The notes: generated by a model not told the origin, from the letters alone. DNA of 64,000 bases from an uncultured virus (IMG/VR IMGVR_UViG_3300035698_023946) (IMGVR_UViG_3300035698_023946), one strand, 5' to 3'; counted from the first letter of the stretch, positions 1-8,665 are shown. Numbers and translations: made by a program.

Positions 1-20
1 ATCGCCATAAAATCAAACAT

Positions 21-105
21 TGGTAGTGAGCCGAGCATGACGGCATCCGGGGAGGCGGGAGAAAGACCCAATTCCTTGGAGTATCGTGTTAAGATACCAC
101 TACCA
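21..105 (+). ncRNA. tRNA-like four-way-junction RNA (non-canonical)
   Basis: TGGTAGTG(21-28)/CACTACCA(98-105) closing stem; GCCG/CGGC arm; TCCGGGGA/TCCTTGGA arm; GTATC/GATAC arm with 7-nt loop. G-U pairs favour the + strand. Confidence 0.45.
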
Positions 106-134
106 TCCGTTTGAGAAAGAAGAAAGGATCAATC

Positions 135-476
135 ATGAATGGAACGACAGTCGCATTTGGAATCATCACAGCAATCGTCATACTCGTCATAGCCGGTGTC
201 GCAATCAAAGTCGTCTCTGATGTCAAAGAAACGGCAGAGACCGTCACAAATGCCGCAGAGACCGTCACAGAGGGTGGTGAGAAACTCATCTCAACTCTCG
301 AAGACACGGAGAAGTTGGACGGTGTGGTGGCGAATGTTGAAGACGGAATGACTCGCACCAAAGAACAAATGAGCAAGGATTATTCATCCGCGAAGGAGAA
401 GGTTTCATCCTTCTTCACAAAATCTGTCACGGAGGAAGAGCGGAATGAAACTCAAAGCTCCAATCAACATAAATGA
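135..476 (+). CDS. hypothetical membrane-anchored protein
   Basis: N-terminal hydrophobic helix then charged helical tail; ATG at 135 preceded by AAGGA. Confidence 0.6.
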   Translation: MNGTTVAFGIITAIVILVIAGVAIKVVSDVKETAETVTNAAETVTEGGEKLISTLEDTEKLDGVVANVEDGMTRTKEQMSKDYSSAKEKVSSFFTKSVTEEERNETQSSNQHK

Positions 477-786
477 TGAAACCTTGGTTCAATGCTTTCG
501 GGCTTTGAAAAAGCAGTGGAGAGAAGAGAATTGGTTCTCTTCCGCCCCACCTGACAACGATCCCTCCTACAAGGCGATCATTGGTTTGGGATGGCCCGTA
601 GTCCCCTTCATCTTGTGGGACTTGGAGAACGATCCAGAATGGTGGTTCGGTGCCTTAAAGAGTATCACGGGAGCAGACCCTTACTCAAAATATGAATACC
701 AACCAGGCAATCTGCCCAGTCTAACTAAGTTGTGGTTGAAATGGGCCGAAGAAGAAGGTGTGAAATCCAAACCTTATGAAAATTAA
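445..786 (+). CDS. hypothetical protein
   Basis: 113-aa ORF in the co-oriented overlapping gene run. Confidence 0.65.
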   Translation: MKLKAPININDETLVQCFRALKKQWREENWFSSAPPDNDPSYKAIIGLGWPVVPFILWDLENDPEWWFGALKSITGADPYSKYEYQPGNLPSLTKLWLKWAEEEGVKSKPYEN

Positions 787-1060
787 AGTTCACAACTCAA
801 TACCGATTCAAGTTGAAGAAGGTGAATATATAGATTTCGATTGTTCAGCTTATCTGATAGATAGGAAGAAATTCATCTTGGGCAATAATATTTCATCATT
901 TTACCCGACAATGCGGGATAGATTTTTCAAAGTCTTAAACATCCGTGAATTTGAAAATGATAGTAATGAAATCGAGTTTATCTACGAATCAGAAAAAATC
1001 ACAATCATCAATCTAAAAGCTGGAGAATACGTGGTGACAAATACCACCAACAAAGATTAA
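776..1060 (+). CDS. small hypothetical protein, MxIxxHN family
   Basis: Starts MKIKVHNS, a start shared with several other small ORFs in the window. Confidence 0.6.
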   Translation: MKIKVHNSIPIQVEEGEYIDFDCSAYLIDRKKFILGNNISSFYPTMRDRFFKVLNIREFENDSNEIEFIYESEKITIINLKAGEYVVTNTTNKD

Positions 1061-1318
1061 GATAGTCGAACAGGAGGAATTTTTTCAATGCGGAGATCAC
1101 GAAACCATGAAATACTTCGATAAACTATTCAAAAGATTCTTCCCTGATAACGATCATTATCAGAAAAGCGAAAGGATCAAGAGTCTTAAAGAAAAACTGG
1201 AACGAGATTTTGATGCCAAGTTAACAAGGGAAGAACAAGATTTGCTGGTCGAATGTATCAACATCCAGATGGGACACATCGTTCAAAATCTGAAAAAAAT
1301 TGAGGACAACATCTAAAT

Positions 1319-2011
1319 ATGAAAACATTAGTCATCGCAGACATTCATTCAAACATCGTTGCTTTAGAACAAATATGGAAAATAGAAAAAAATGCGGACT
1401 CGGTCGTTTGCGCTGGCGATGTCGTTGATTATGGGCCGTATCCAAGAGAATGTATCGATTGGATGATCGACAAACAAGCTATGGTGGTGATAGGGAATCA
1501 CGATCAATCAGTCATTAAGGCTCATGGCAAATTACATATGAGCGAATCTAGAATGACATGGGCAAAACATAATGCACAAAAATTAGATAAACATCACATA
1601 GATTACTTAGTGAACTTGCCTAAAAGTTTATTTTTCGACACAGGTGTTCCTGGAGGTGAATGTGGATTGATTCATTCTTATTCCGATTATGAGACAATCA
1701 AAACTCTTGATGAATTTGGGAGTTTTTCAAAAAAACAATTTCCAGGAAAAGAAGTAAATAGAATCATACTTGGACATACGCATGTGATGGGATTACATCA
1801 CTTGTCGAACCTGCGGAGCTGGATTAACCCAGGAAGCATTTCATATCATCATAAACAACTTTTTCGAGGATCTACTTATGCCGTGATCGAAGATCGTGAA
1901 ACAACTCTTCACTTTTGCACTTACGACACAAGGGGTCTACGTGATGAGGTGATGGCCTCAGACGTATGTAAAAATGAAAAAAGCGTAACTTTAAATTGGT
2001 GGAATGATTAA
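1319..2011 (+). CDS. calcineurin-like metallophosphoesterase
   Basis: DIHSN, GDVVDYG, GNHD and GHTH motifs. Confidence 0.9.
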   Translation: MKTLVIADIHSNIVALEQIWKIEKNADSVVCAGDVVDYGPYPRECIDWMIDKQAMVVIGNHDQSVIKAHGKLHMSESRMTWAKHNAQKLDKHHIDYLVNLPKSLFFDTGVPGGECGLIHSYSDYETIKTLDEFGSFSKKQFPGKEVNRIILGHTHVMGLHHLSNLRSWINPGSISYHHKQLFRGSTYAVIEDRETTLHFCTYDTRGLRDEVMASDVCKNEKSVTLNWWND

Positions 2012-2016
2012 AAGAT

Positions 2017-2112
2017 AGCGGAATACCCAAGCGGCTTAAGGGGATGGTTTCGAAAACCGTTAGGAGGTGTTAATAGCATCTTGCGTGAGTTCGAATCTCA
2101 CTTCCGCTGCCA
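2017..2112 (+). tRNA. tRNA-Ser(CGA)
   Basis: AGCGGAA/TTCCGCT acceptor, loop TT-CGA-AA, long variable arm, GTTCGAAT T-loop, G73, encoded CCA. Confidence 0.9.
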
Positions 2113-2118
2113 AATTAT

Positions 2119-2178
2119 GGGCCTGAAACTCATGGGAGAGTCCTAGGAGAGGGGGTTCGATTCCCCCCAGGTCCACCA
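2119..2178 (+). ncRNA. 60-nt anticodon-less tRNA-Ala-like RNA
   Basis: GGGCCTG/CAGGTCC acceptor with G3-U70, A73, CCA; D arm ACTC/GAGT; T arm GGGGG-TTCGATT-CCCCC; only CCTAGGAGA between D and T arms. Confidence 0.75.
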
Positions 2179-2957
2179 AATATGGAGCAAAGAAAAAATG
2201 TTAGAATATTTAGATTTTGTTTTAACAAATCATATTATTATGATTCTTGTTATAATTGTCATTTGCATTCTTTTGTTTGGAATGGCAATTGATTATGCTA
2301 TTAGGAAATAACTATAGAAAATGATAGAAGCAATATTGATTAAATTGTTAGCGAATATAATTTCTATTCCAATTATTTTATTAATCTTTTTAACACCACC
2401 GTATAGAAAGATGATAAAATACATTCTAGAAGAAATGGGGTAAATTAGAAAAGATGGCTAAAGAAAAATTTGATGAATGTAAAGAAAAATGTGATGAATA
2501 TGAAAAAGATTTTGGAACGATAGAGTTGATGGCAATCGCATTGTCAGTCACCAACAAAATCATTGTTGAAGCAGGAATAACAACCAGAAAAGAAATTCAA
2601 GATCGGATGATTGAAGAAATTGAAGGACGAAGAAAAAAATCTGACTGAAAGGCGTTAAGACATGTTCATCTTCGCAAGACAGTTCTTTAGAAGGTTAAAA
2701 TGCATCTTTCTAGGTGATGGGGAAAATAAATCATGACCGTGAATGAATTGATAAAGTACTTGACAACGCAACCAAAAGGTGCTACAGTGGTATTGTGCTC
2801 TCCTTCCGGCTCTCCGGATGGCCCAGAGCCTTTGAGAGAATGTGACTTCTTGTTTCGAAGAGACACAAGTCGGAAGAAGGTCAAAGTTGATTCATTGGAA
2901 ATTCAATGTCCTTATTTCGAGCAGTATCCTGACACTGAAGATTTGTGAAGATTAAAT

Positions 2958-3044
2958 GCTGGTGTGCCCGAGAGATCGAAGGGAACGGATTTGTAATCCG
3001 TCAGCGAAAGCTCGTCGTCAGTTCAAATCTGACCACCAGCTCCA
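2958..3044 (+). tRNA. tRNA-Thr(TGT) with long variable arm
   Basis: GCTGGTG/CACCAGC acceptor, ACGGA-TT-TGT-AA-TCCGT, variable hairpin AGC-GAAA-GCT, T arm GTCAG-TTCAAAT-CTGAC, TCCA end. Confidence 0.85.
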
Positions 3045-3067
3045 TTGATTTTAATAAAGACTTCAAT

Positions 3068-3146
3068 GCCTCTGTAGCTCAGCCTGGATCAGAGCATCGC
3101 TCTTCTAAAGCGAGGGTCATTCGTTCAAATCGAATCAGAGGTACCA
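3068..3146 (+). tRNA. tRNA-Arg(TCT)
   Basis: Full cloverleaf, TCGCT-CT-TCT-AA-AGCGA, ACCA end. Confidence 0.92.
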
Positions 3147-3154
3147 AATTTAAA

Positions 3155-3346
3155 ATGACTTGCAAAAAACGCAAATATGATTTAATAGATGCAATGATGG
3201 CCTTGGCCGACTGTCAAGCCAATCATAGGAAAAACAACAGAGAAGAAAATAGATATTACTTTTGTAAAAGATGTCAAGGATATCACTTGACAAGTCAAAA
3301 AAGAAAGGAAACGAAGAACTATGTCAGAAGCAGAGCAGGAAATTGA
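3155..3346 (+). CDS. small Zn-ribbon-like hypothetical phage protein
   Basis: YFCKRCQGYHLTS motif; start moved to ATG 3155 because the upstream part of the tracked ORF overlaps two tRNAs. Confidence 0.6.
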   Translation: MTCKKRKYDLIDAMMALADCQANHRKNNREENRYYFCKRCQGYHLTSQKRKETKNYVRSRAGN

Positions 3347-3887
3347 GACGTTGACGAGGATCGCAAATGGTCTCGAAGAACAGGTGAGTGATCTCCAGGC
3401 GGAGAACATTCAACTCAAGACAGACAATGAAGCCCTGGACAAGAGGATTGAATACGTTCACGAAAGAGTAAATCGACTCTTTAGCGAAGTATCAAATCAG
3501 TATGTTGAAACCAGAAAGCGACTACGACATAATAACCGAACTCATGCACGTCTGGAAGTCAAGATTTCCGGACTGTCTCGTAGGCACCAAAGAACTCGGG
3601 AAATTGCGGCTTCTCTACGTGATGAGTTACATCCGATCTCACTCACGGAAAAGAAACGAATCCGAAGAGAGATCAACAGGAAGTACCTAGAGAGGGGTAG
3701 AGCGACGAAGGAAAGGCTGAAGAGGTCTCGGGTCAGGATTCGTGAACAGAAGGCTGAGAGAGCAAGCAAACGGGCTTCTCGGGCCAGACAGCACAAACGA
3801 TTGTCTCTCCAGGAACAAGTGGAGAGAGGAATCAAGAATGTCTCTGACCTGAGTCCGAATCAAAAACTGAAATTGGGACTGTGTTAA
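3321..3887 (+). CDS. coiled-coil, Arg-rich hypothetical protein
   Basis: Heptad-like N-half, basic C-half; AAGGA RBS. Confidence 0.65.
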   Translation: MSEAEQEIETLTRIANGLEEQVSDLQAENIQLKTDNEALDKRIEYVHERVNRLFSEVSNQYVETRKRLRHNNRTHARLEVKISGLSRRHQRTREIAASLRDELHPISLTEKKRIRREINRKYLERGRATKERLKRSRVRIREQKAERASKRASRARQHKRLSLQEQVERGIKNVSDLSPNQKLKLGLC

Positions 3888-3920
3888 ACGAGTTGATCGA
3901 TGAAAAATTAGGAGAAAAAG

Positions 3921-4253
3921 ATGTCTTATTGTAGATTCATCGAGGGTGACGTTTACATGTTCGAAACCTGCGATTCGACCATTCACTGCTGCTGTTGTTC
4001 TTTGGCAGAATTGGTCACCACAATCTTCACCAAAGGGGCTGATGAAGATTCTCCGATCTTCAAGGACATAAAGCCTTGTGAAGATTGTGAAGGTGAGGGC
4101 TGTGAAATCTGCATGATGAATGGAGATTCAGTTTTCCATGATAGAGAATCTGCCTTGAAGCATCTTCAAGAACACATAGAGAAGGGAGATAATGTCCCTC
4201 CCCGTGCGATGGAACGTTTGAAAGAAGAAATTGAGGAGGAACTTCCTCTTTAA
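3921..4253 (+). CDS. Cys-rich hypothetical protein
   Basis: AGGAG RBS; CCCC and CEDC..CEIC motifs. Confidence 0.65.
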   Translation: MSYCRFIEGDVYMFETCDSTIHCCCCSLAELVTTIFTKGADEDSPIFKDIKPCEDCEGEGCEICMMNGDSVFHDRESALKHLQEHIEKGDNVPPRAMERLKEEIEEELPL

Positions 4254-4273
4254 GAGAAAAGCAAGGAGGTAAA

Positions 4274-4360
4274 ATCTGAATGGAGAAATTGGAAAACTCA
4301 CTATGGTCGTCAACATAGTAATCTTAATGATTTGTCGGTTCGAGTCCGGCTTCAATTTCA
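4274..4360 (+). pseudogene. degenerate class-II tRNA with 8-nt anticodon loop
   Basis: D arm GAG/CTC, stem CTATG/CATAG with loop GTCGTCAA, variable hairpin AATC/GATT, intact T arm GTCGG-TTCGAGT-CCGGC, mismatched acceptor, no CCA. Confidence 0.6.
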
Positions 4361-4557
4361 CCTTCTTGCTTATTTAAATGATGAAAAACCATGAATGGAT
4401 GCATTTCACATGTCTGGAAGACATGGAACAAGAGATTCAAATCATTGAAGTTCTTTTACTCAATAAGAGAAACGATGAAGCTATTGAAAAACTCGAAATG
4501 TTTATCGAAGAATCAAAATCTTTTATAGAACGTTGTAAAAAGAGACAAAAACCGAAT

Positions 4558-4635
4558 GGCAGAGTACGCTAATCTGGAAAAGCGGTTTGTTTCAAAAACA
4601 AATGACTGAGGGTTCAACTCCCTCCTCTGCTACCA
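4558..4635 (+). tRNA. tRNA with CAA (Leu) anticodon on a short-variable-loop body
   Basis: GGCAGAG/CTCTGCT acceptor, TTTGT-TT-CAA-AA-ACAAA, 5-nt variable loop TGACT, ACCA. Confidence 0.85.
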
Positions 4636-4652
4636 AATTATCAAATGTAAGT

Positions 4653-4727
4653 GCCAGGGAAGCTCAATGGAAGGGCGTATGCTTGTGGCGCATATATGAC
4701 AGGGTTCAATTCCCTGCCCTGGTGCCA
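4653..4727 (+). tRNA. tRNA-His(GTG), atypical acceptor end
   Basis: TATGC-TT-GTG-GC-GCATA; acceptor GCCAGGG/CCCTGGT; T at -1, G73, CCA. Confidence 0.85.
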
Positions 4728-4981
4728 TTTTGAAAGGAAAATCAATGGCATACGAAAATAGAATGTTTTTCCTCAAGTGGACCACTTACGGTCCAAAGAC
4801 GAAGACGGCAGAAACTCATGCCGTCTTCGGAACTGAAGGTACTTTACTTAGAATCCATGAAGGATTGAGCCTTCTCCCTCATAACAAACATTTTGAAGTC
4901 AGGGACTTGAAATCTCTTGATGAAGAGTTTAAGATAACGGCAGAAGGGATCATACGTAAGTTTTAAAAGGACACATACACA

Positions 4982-5218
4982 TTGACAACTACCTTAGATC
5001 AGATCGAGGAAGGACAGCAAGCTAAAATAATCAAAGTAGGAAATTTCAGAAGCTCTTCTAGATTGGCGGAGATGGGCCTTGTGGCGGGAGAAATAGTGAG
5101 AGTGTCCAACAAGGCATTGTTCGGTTGCCCTACGGCAGTGATCGTCAAGGGCAGTTCACTTGCGATACGAGTGAAGGATTTGAAAAGAATTTCGGTGTGG
5201 ATAGAAGATGATGAATAA
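4982..5218 (+). CDS. feoA: FeoA-family SH3-like protein
   Basis: RLAEMGLVAGEIVRV...ALFGCP..V.VKGSSLAIR pattern typical of FeoA. Confidence 0.8.
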   Translation: MTTTLDQIEEGQQAKIIKVGNFRSSSRLAEMGLVAGEIVRVSNKALFGCPTAVIVKGSSLAIRVKDLKRISVWIEDDE

Positions 5219-5450
5219 CTCAGAAAAATTGGCAAAACTAGTGAGATGGCAAACTTCAGACATGGTTCATCCATTGACCTGTTGTGATAATGTCATCATG
5301 AAGCCGGACATCAAAGAAGATGAGGTCGTTCTCATTTGCCCACAATGCGAACGTGTTCAAAAGAACATTCCTTCTCCGGCCCTAAATATAGACGTGGTCG
5401 AAAAAGACAACCAAAGGCTATTTGACAGGTTAAATCGACACGAGCAAAAG

Positions 5451-5516
5451 AGACATGTGTAGGTGACGCATGTTTGAGACCCGTGTAGGTGACACGGATT
5501 TCCGTGTGAGCGACAC
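5451..5516 (+). repeat. three tandem hairpins with GTGT-(AGGTG/GAGCG)-ACRC cores
   Basis: AGACATGTGT-AGGTG-ACGCATGTTT; CCGTGT-AGGTG-ACACGG; GTGT-GAGCG-ACAC. Confidence 0.7.
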
Positions 5517-5718
5517 ATCTTCGTATAATGGATGTTTGAAAGGACTTTTTAGATGAGATATCATTTGAATGTGAAAGTTGTTTATCTTGACACTCAGTAT
5601 ACATTGGGCCTTTACAACTTTAATGAAGTCTACATGGTCCTCATAGATGAAAGCAAAGAGAATGAAGAAAATAGAGAAGTAACAGAAGATAACTGTTTCG
5701 AACACTGTACGACCTAAA

Positions 5719-6009
5719 ATGTTCACTTATCAAAGAGGCGTTGAAATTGATTATTTTGATGACGTTTTTAATTTAGACGATCATCTCGCAGACTATATCC
5801 TACCCAGATTGAAATATTTCAAGAAACAATGTCACGGATACCCTGGTGAGCTAACCGACGAAGAGTATGATGAAATCTTAGACAAGATCATCCATGCTTT
5901 TGAACTCATGAGTGATGACGATATCGGTCTTGAGACAGATGAACAAAAGAAAGAAATCGATGAAGGTTTAGCCCTCTTCGGTAAATGGTTTAGATCCTTA
6001 TGGTTGTAA
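5719..6009 (+). CDS. hypothetical phage protein, paralogue of 17171..17533
   Basis: Shared LD..I.PRL..FK...G.P..LT.EE.D.IL..I..FE and terminal W...LW motifs. Confidence 0.75.
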   Translation: MFTYQRGVEIDYFDDVFNLDDHLADYILPRLKYFKKQCHGYPGELTDEEYDEILDKIIHAFELMSDDDIGLETDEQKKEIDEGLALFGKWFRSLWL

Positions 6010-6557
6010 GAAAGGAAATCGAAATGACTCAAAACGAACACATCAAAGTGATGAACGCCGAGATGGAGGCGGAAGTCCTACAATTGTTAAGAGATAGTAG
6101 AGATAAGATCGATCTCTTATTAGGAGAAAAACTTCCCCTTCTCGAAGATGACTTAGATGATTTTTGGGGATGGTTTTTAGAAGTTGAAAGTAATGTAGAC
6201 AACATTTCAAACGATCTTTCTAAAATTGAGGCATTCAAGAGTGTCCTTGAAACTGAAGAAAATAAGTAGGTAAAAAATGAATTGGAAAATGCTTGACAAA
6301 GAGTTCGATGACAACTATATTGAAAGTGAGATCGAACAGTGGAGAATCGATCAGGAAATCGCAAAGGGAGAATGGATGGCCAAAGAATGCCCCTTCTGCG
6401 AAAAGAAAAATTGGATTGAGATTTCCACGAGATTCCCCGATCTATGCATCTGTTTCAATTGTAGCAAAACTTTTTGGTCAGATGACGATGAAGGAGACTT
6501 GAAAGATTTCGATCAAAAATCGGCAGTAGGTAAAGTCCGTGGAAAGGATTTGAACTA

Positions 6558-6986
6558 ATGTACGACGCAGGAAACATCTTCATCGATAATCGTAAAAATT
6601 ATGATAATATCATCGAAAAATCAAGTTATACGCCTTTCATTTACAAAACAACAACCGCGATGAGAAAAACAAGTATTCCCATGGAGCCCGGACCAATGAG
6701 AGAAGACCTTGCCGCATGGAAAACATATAATGTCATCAGGCATCATGAAGAAGGAAGATTCCTCGTCATTCATGTTGATTTTCAATCAGCAGTTTACGGA
6801 GAGAAGGTCTTAGTCTTCAAAAATGCCTCCTTGGTGGACTTGATGAACCAGAAGGAAATCAATCCACGCATCGGTGAATCAGACGATTCTTTCATTCGTC
6901 CAATCGCTGATTTCTTCGCAAACGAAGAAGGCTGGTTATTGGCAGTAGGTTTAGTTTCAAACCTATCAGGAGAAGAAGATGTTTAA
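6558..6986 (+). CDS. hypothetical protein
   Basis: 142-aa ORF coupled to neighbours by overlapping stop/start. Confidence 0.6.
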   Translation: MYDAGNIFIDNRKNYDNIIEKSSYTPFIYKTTTAMRKTSIPMEPGPMREDLAAWKTYNVIRHHEEGRFLVIHVDFQSAVYGEKVLVFKNASLVDLMNQKEINPRIGESDDSFIRPIADFFANEEGWLLAVGLVSNLSGEEDV

Positions 6987-7368
6987 AGCCTTGGTGTTAG
7001 ACGACATGCCGGAAAGACACATACATTTTCAACAAAGATTTGCTGAGGTCAACTGCGAATCTGAGCATGTCTTCAATGTCGAAGATTGCATTGAGAGATT
7101 GGAGGAAAGGGCTTATGACATCATCTTCCTAGATCATGACTTAGGAGGAGAAACGATGGTCAGTTCTTCTCGTCTAGACACCGGTTCCGAAGTGGCCAGA
7201 TGGTTTGTTGAAAACGAGCACCTGAACAAAGAAACGCCAATCATCGTTCATTCATTCAACCCGGATGGTGCGAGATACATGTGCGAGACATTCGGGAAAC
7301 AGAGCGTTCACATTCCCGGCTGTTGGATCAAAGAGTTTTTTCATAAGAATGTCAAAGTGCCGACGTAG
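6979..7368 (+). CDS. stand-alone receiver-like domain (cyclic-phosphate-processing REC type)
   Basis: VLDD...IIFLDHDLG...GSEVARW...IIVHSFNP pattern. Confidence 0.75.
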   Translation: MFKALVLDDMPERHIHFQQRFAEVNCESEHVFNVEDCIERLEERAYDIIFLDHDLGGETMVSSSRLDTGSEVARWFVENEHLNKETPIIVHSFNPDGARYMCETFGKQSVHIPGCWIKEFFHKNVKVPT

Positions 7369-7434
7369 CTCAACTGGAAGAGTTTTCCCCCGGTACGGGA
7401 AGGGTTGATGGTTCAAGTCCATCCGTTGGCTCCA
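7359..7434 (+). tRNA. tRNA-Thr(GGT)
   Basis: GCCGACG/CGTTGGC acceptor, TTCCC-CC-GGT-AC-GGGAA (C33), TCCA. Confidence 0.88.
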
Positions 7435-7452
7435 TTTTTACAACAAACAATC

Positions 7453-8415
7453 ATGTTAATGACAAGAGACAATTTCCGGCGAACGGTTCTTTCTATGACA
7501 AATGGACAATGCTCTTTTTGTGACGCTAGAGCCGTAGACACACATCACATCATGGAAAGAAAACTTTGGGACGATGAGGGTTATTATCTTGAAAATGGTT
7601 GCCCCTTATGTGAAACGCATCATAAATTAGCAGAAAGAAACATCATCACTCCAAACCAATGTAGAGAATCGATGGCATATGATAAATCAATTCTCCCAAA
7701 TCAATTTTCATCTATCAAAGATTATGACAAATGGGGAAAAGAACTAGAAATAAAAGAACATTTCAATGGTTGGATTAAATATCCTTCCACCATTTATTTC
7801 GACTTTTCACCGTCAAATGATACGAGCGAGATTTTTCCAACCGAAGAACTGGTGGATTGTCAATTAGCAATCACAATCAAAATGGATGGTTCTAATCTGA
7901 CAATGACTTCAGACCACATTGGAGCAAGGAACGGTTGGTCTGCAAAGCATCCATCATTTGACATGGCTAAAGCAGAACATGCTAAAATAAAAAAATTAAT
8001 CCCAGAAAATCTTCAATTATTCGGAGAGTGGTTGTACGCCAAACACTCCATTCATTACAAAGGAAAAATGTCTTTGAAAAATGGTTTGTTTCAAGTTTTC
8101 AATATTTATGACAAAGAATCTCATGAATTCTTGAACTGGGAAAAAGTGAAAAAAATTGCAAAACAAATAGGGTTTCAGACAACTCCTATAGTAAAGGAAA
8201 ATGTAAATTATGACAAAGACTGGAAATTGAGAAATGAATTAGAAAAAATTGGTAAAAAGGTCGTAGATAGTGGACATGAAGGAATCGTCGTCAGAAGTGT
8301 TTACTCATTCCATTATTCTCAATTTGAAAAAAGACTGGCAAAATATGTGAGAAAAAATCACGTTCAAACAAATAAACATTGGAGTAAAGGAAAAATTGAG
8401 CGAAATATACACTGA
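7453..8415 (+). CDS. HNH nuclease fused to ATP-dependent RNA ligase (Rnl2-like)
   Basis: N-term CSFC...DTHHI...NGCPLCETHH; C-term KYP, KMDGSN (motif I), FGEW, EGIVVR, AKYVR..HVQ. Confidence 0.85.
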   Translation: MLMTRDNFRRTVLSMTNGQCSFCDARAVDTHHIMERKLWDDEGYYLENGCPLCETHHKLAERNIITPNQCRESMAYDKSILPNQFSSIKDYDKWGKELEIKEHFNGWIKYPSTIYFDFSPSNDTSEIFPTEELVDCQLAITIKMDGSNLTMTSDHIGARNGWSAKHPSFDMAKAEHAKIKKLIPENLQLFGEWLYAKHSIHYKGKMSLKNGLFQVFNIYDKESHEFLNWEKVKKIAKQIGFQTTPIVKENVNYDKDWKLRNELEKIGKKVVDSGHEGIVVRSVYSFHYSQFEKRLAKYVRKNHVQTNKHWSKGKIERNIH

Positions 8416-8665
8416 TTTAGATACAATTCACAAAACATCATCCAACAATAGAACTTCGCTTGAAGATTCTTTTCTCAGTGGTTGTTTTTATTGTGGCAGA
8501 ATTTTCAAACCAAAAAGAATCAAAGAATGGATTGACGAAGATCGAACAGCCTTATGCCCACATTGTCAAATCGATGCCGTCATTTCTTTAGACGGTTATC
8601 CGTGGAGCATCTTGAAGGAAATGAAAGAAAAATTCTTCGACACACAGGAAGAAGGGAAAGACTAA
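8396..8665 (+). CDS. small Zn-binding hypothetical protein
   Basis: GCFYC...TALCPHCQIDAVI. Confidence 0.7.
   Translation: MSEIYTDLDTIHKTSSNNRTSLEDSFLSGCFYCGRIFKPKRIKEWIDEDRTALCPHCQIDAVISLDGYPWSILKEMKEKFFDTQEEGKD

Noticed and set aside
2958..3044. Reading this tRNA as Tyr(GTA)
   Set aside because: The perfect ACGGA/TCCGT stem centres TGT in a 7-nt loop; the GTA register breaks the stem.
2945..3154. N-terminal part of tracked ORF 2945..3346
   Set aside because: It runs through tRNA-Thr and tRNA-Arg; the plausible start is ATG 3155.
4558..4635. Opal suppressor (TCA anticodon) and stop-codon recoding
   Set aside because: The TTTGT/ACAAA stem centres CAA. Long genes are intact in the standard code and end in TAA, TAG or TGA.
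5451..5516. Mini CRISPR array
   Set aside because: The repeat cores are only ~13 bp with no spacer-length unique sequence and no cas genes.
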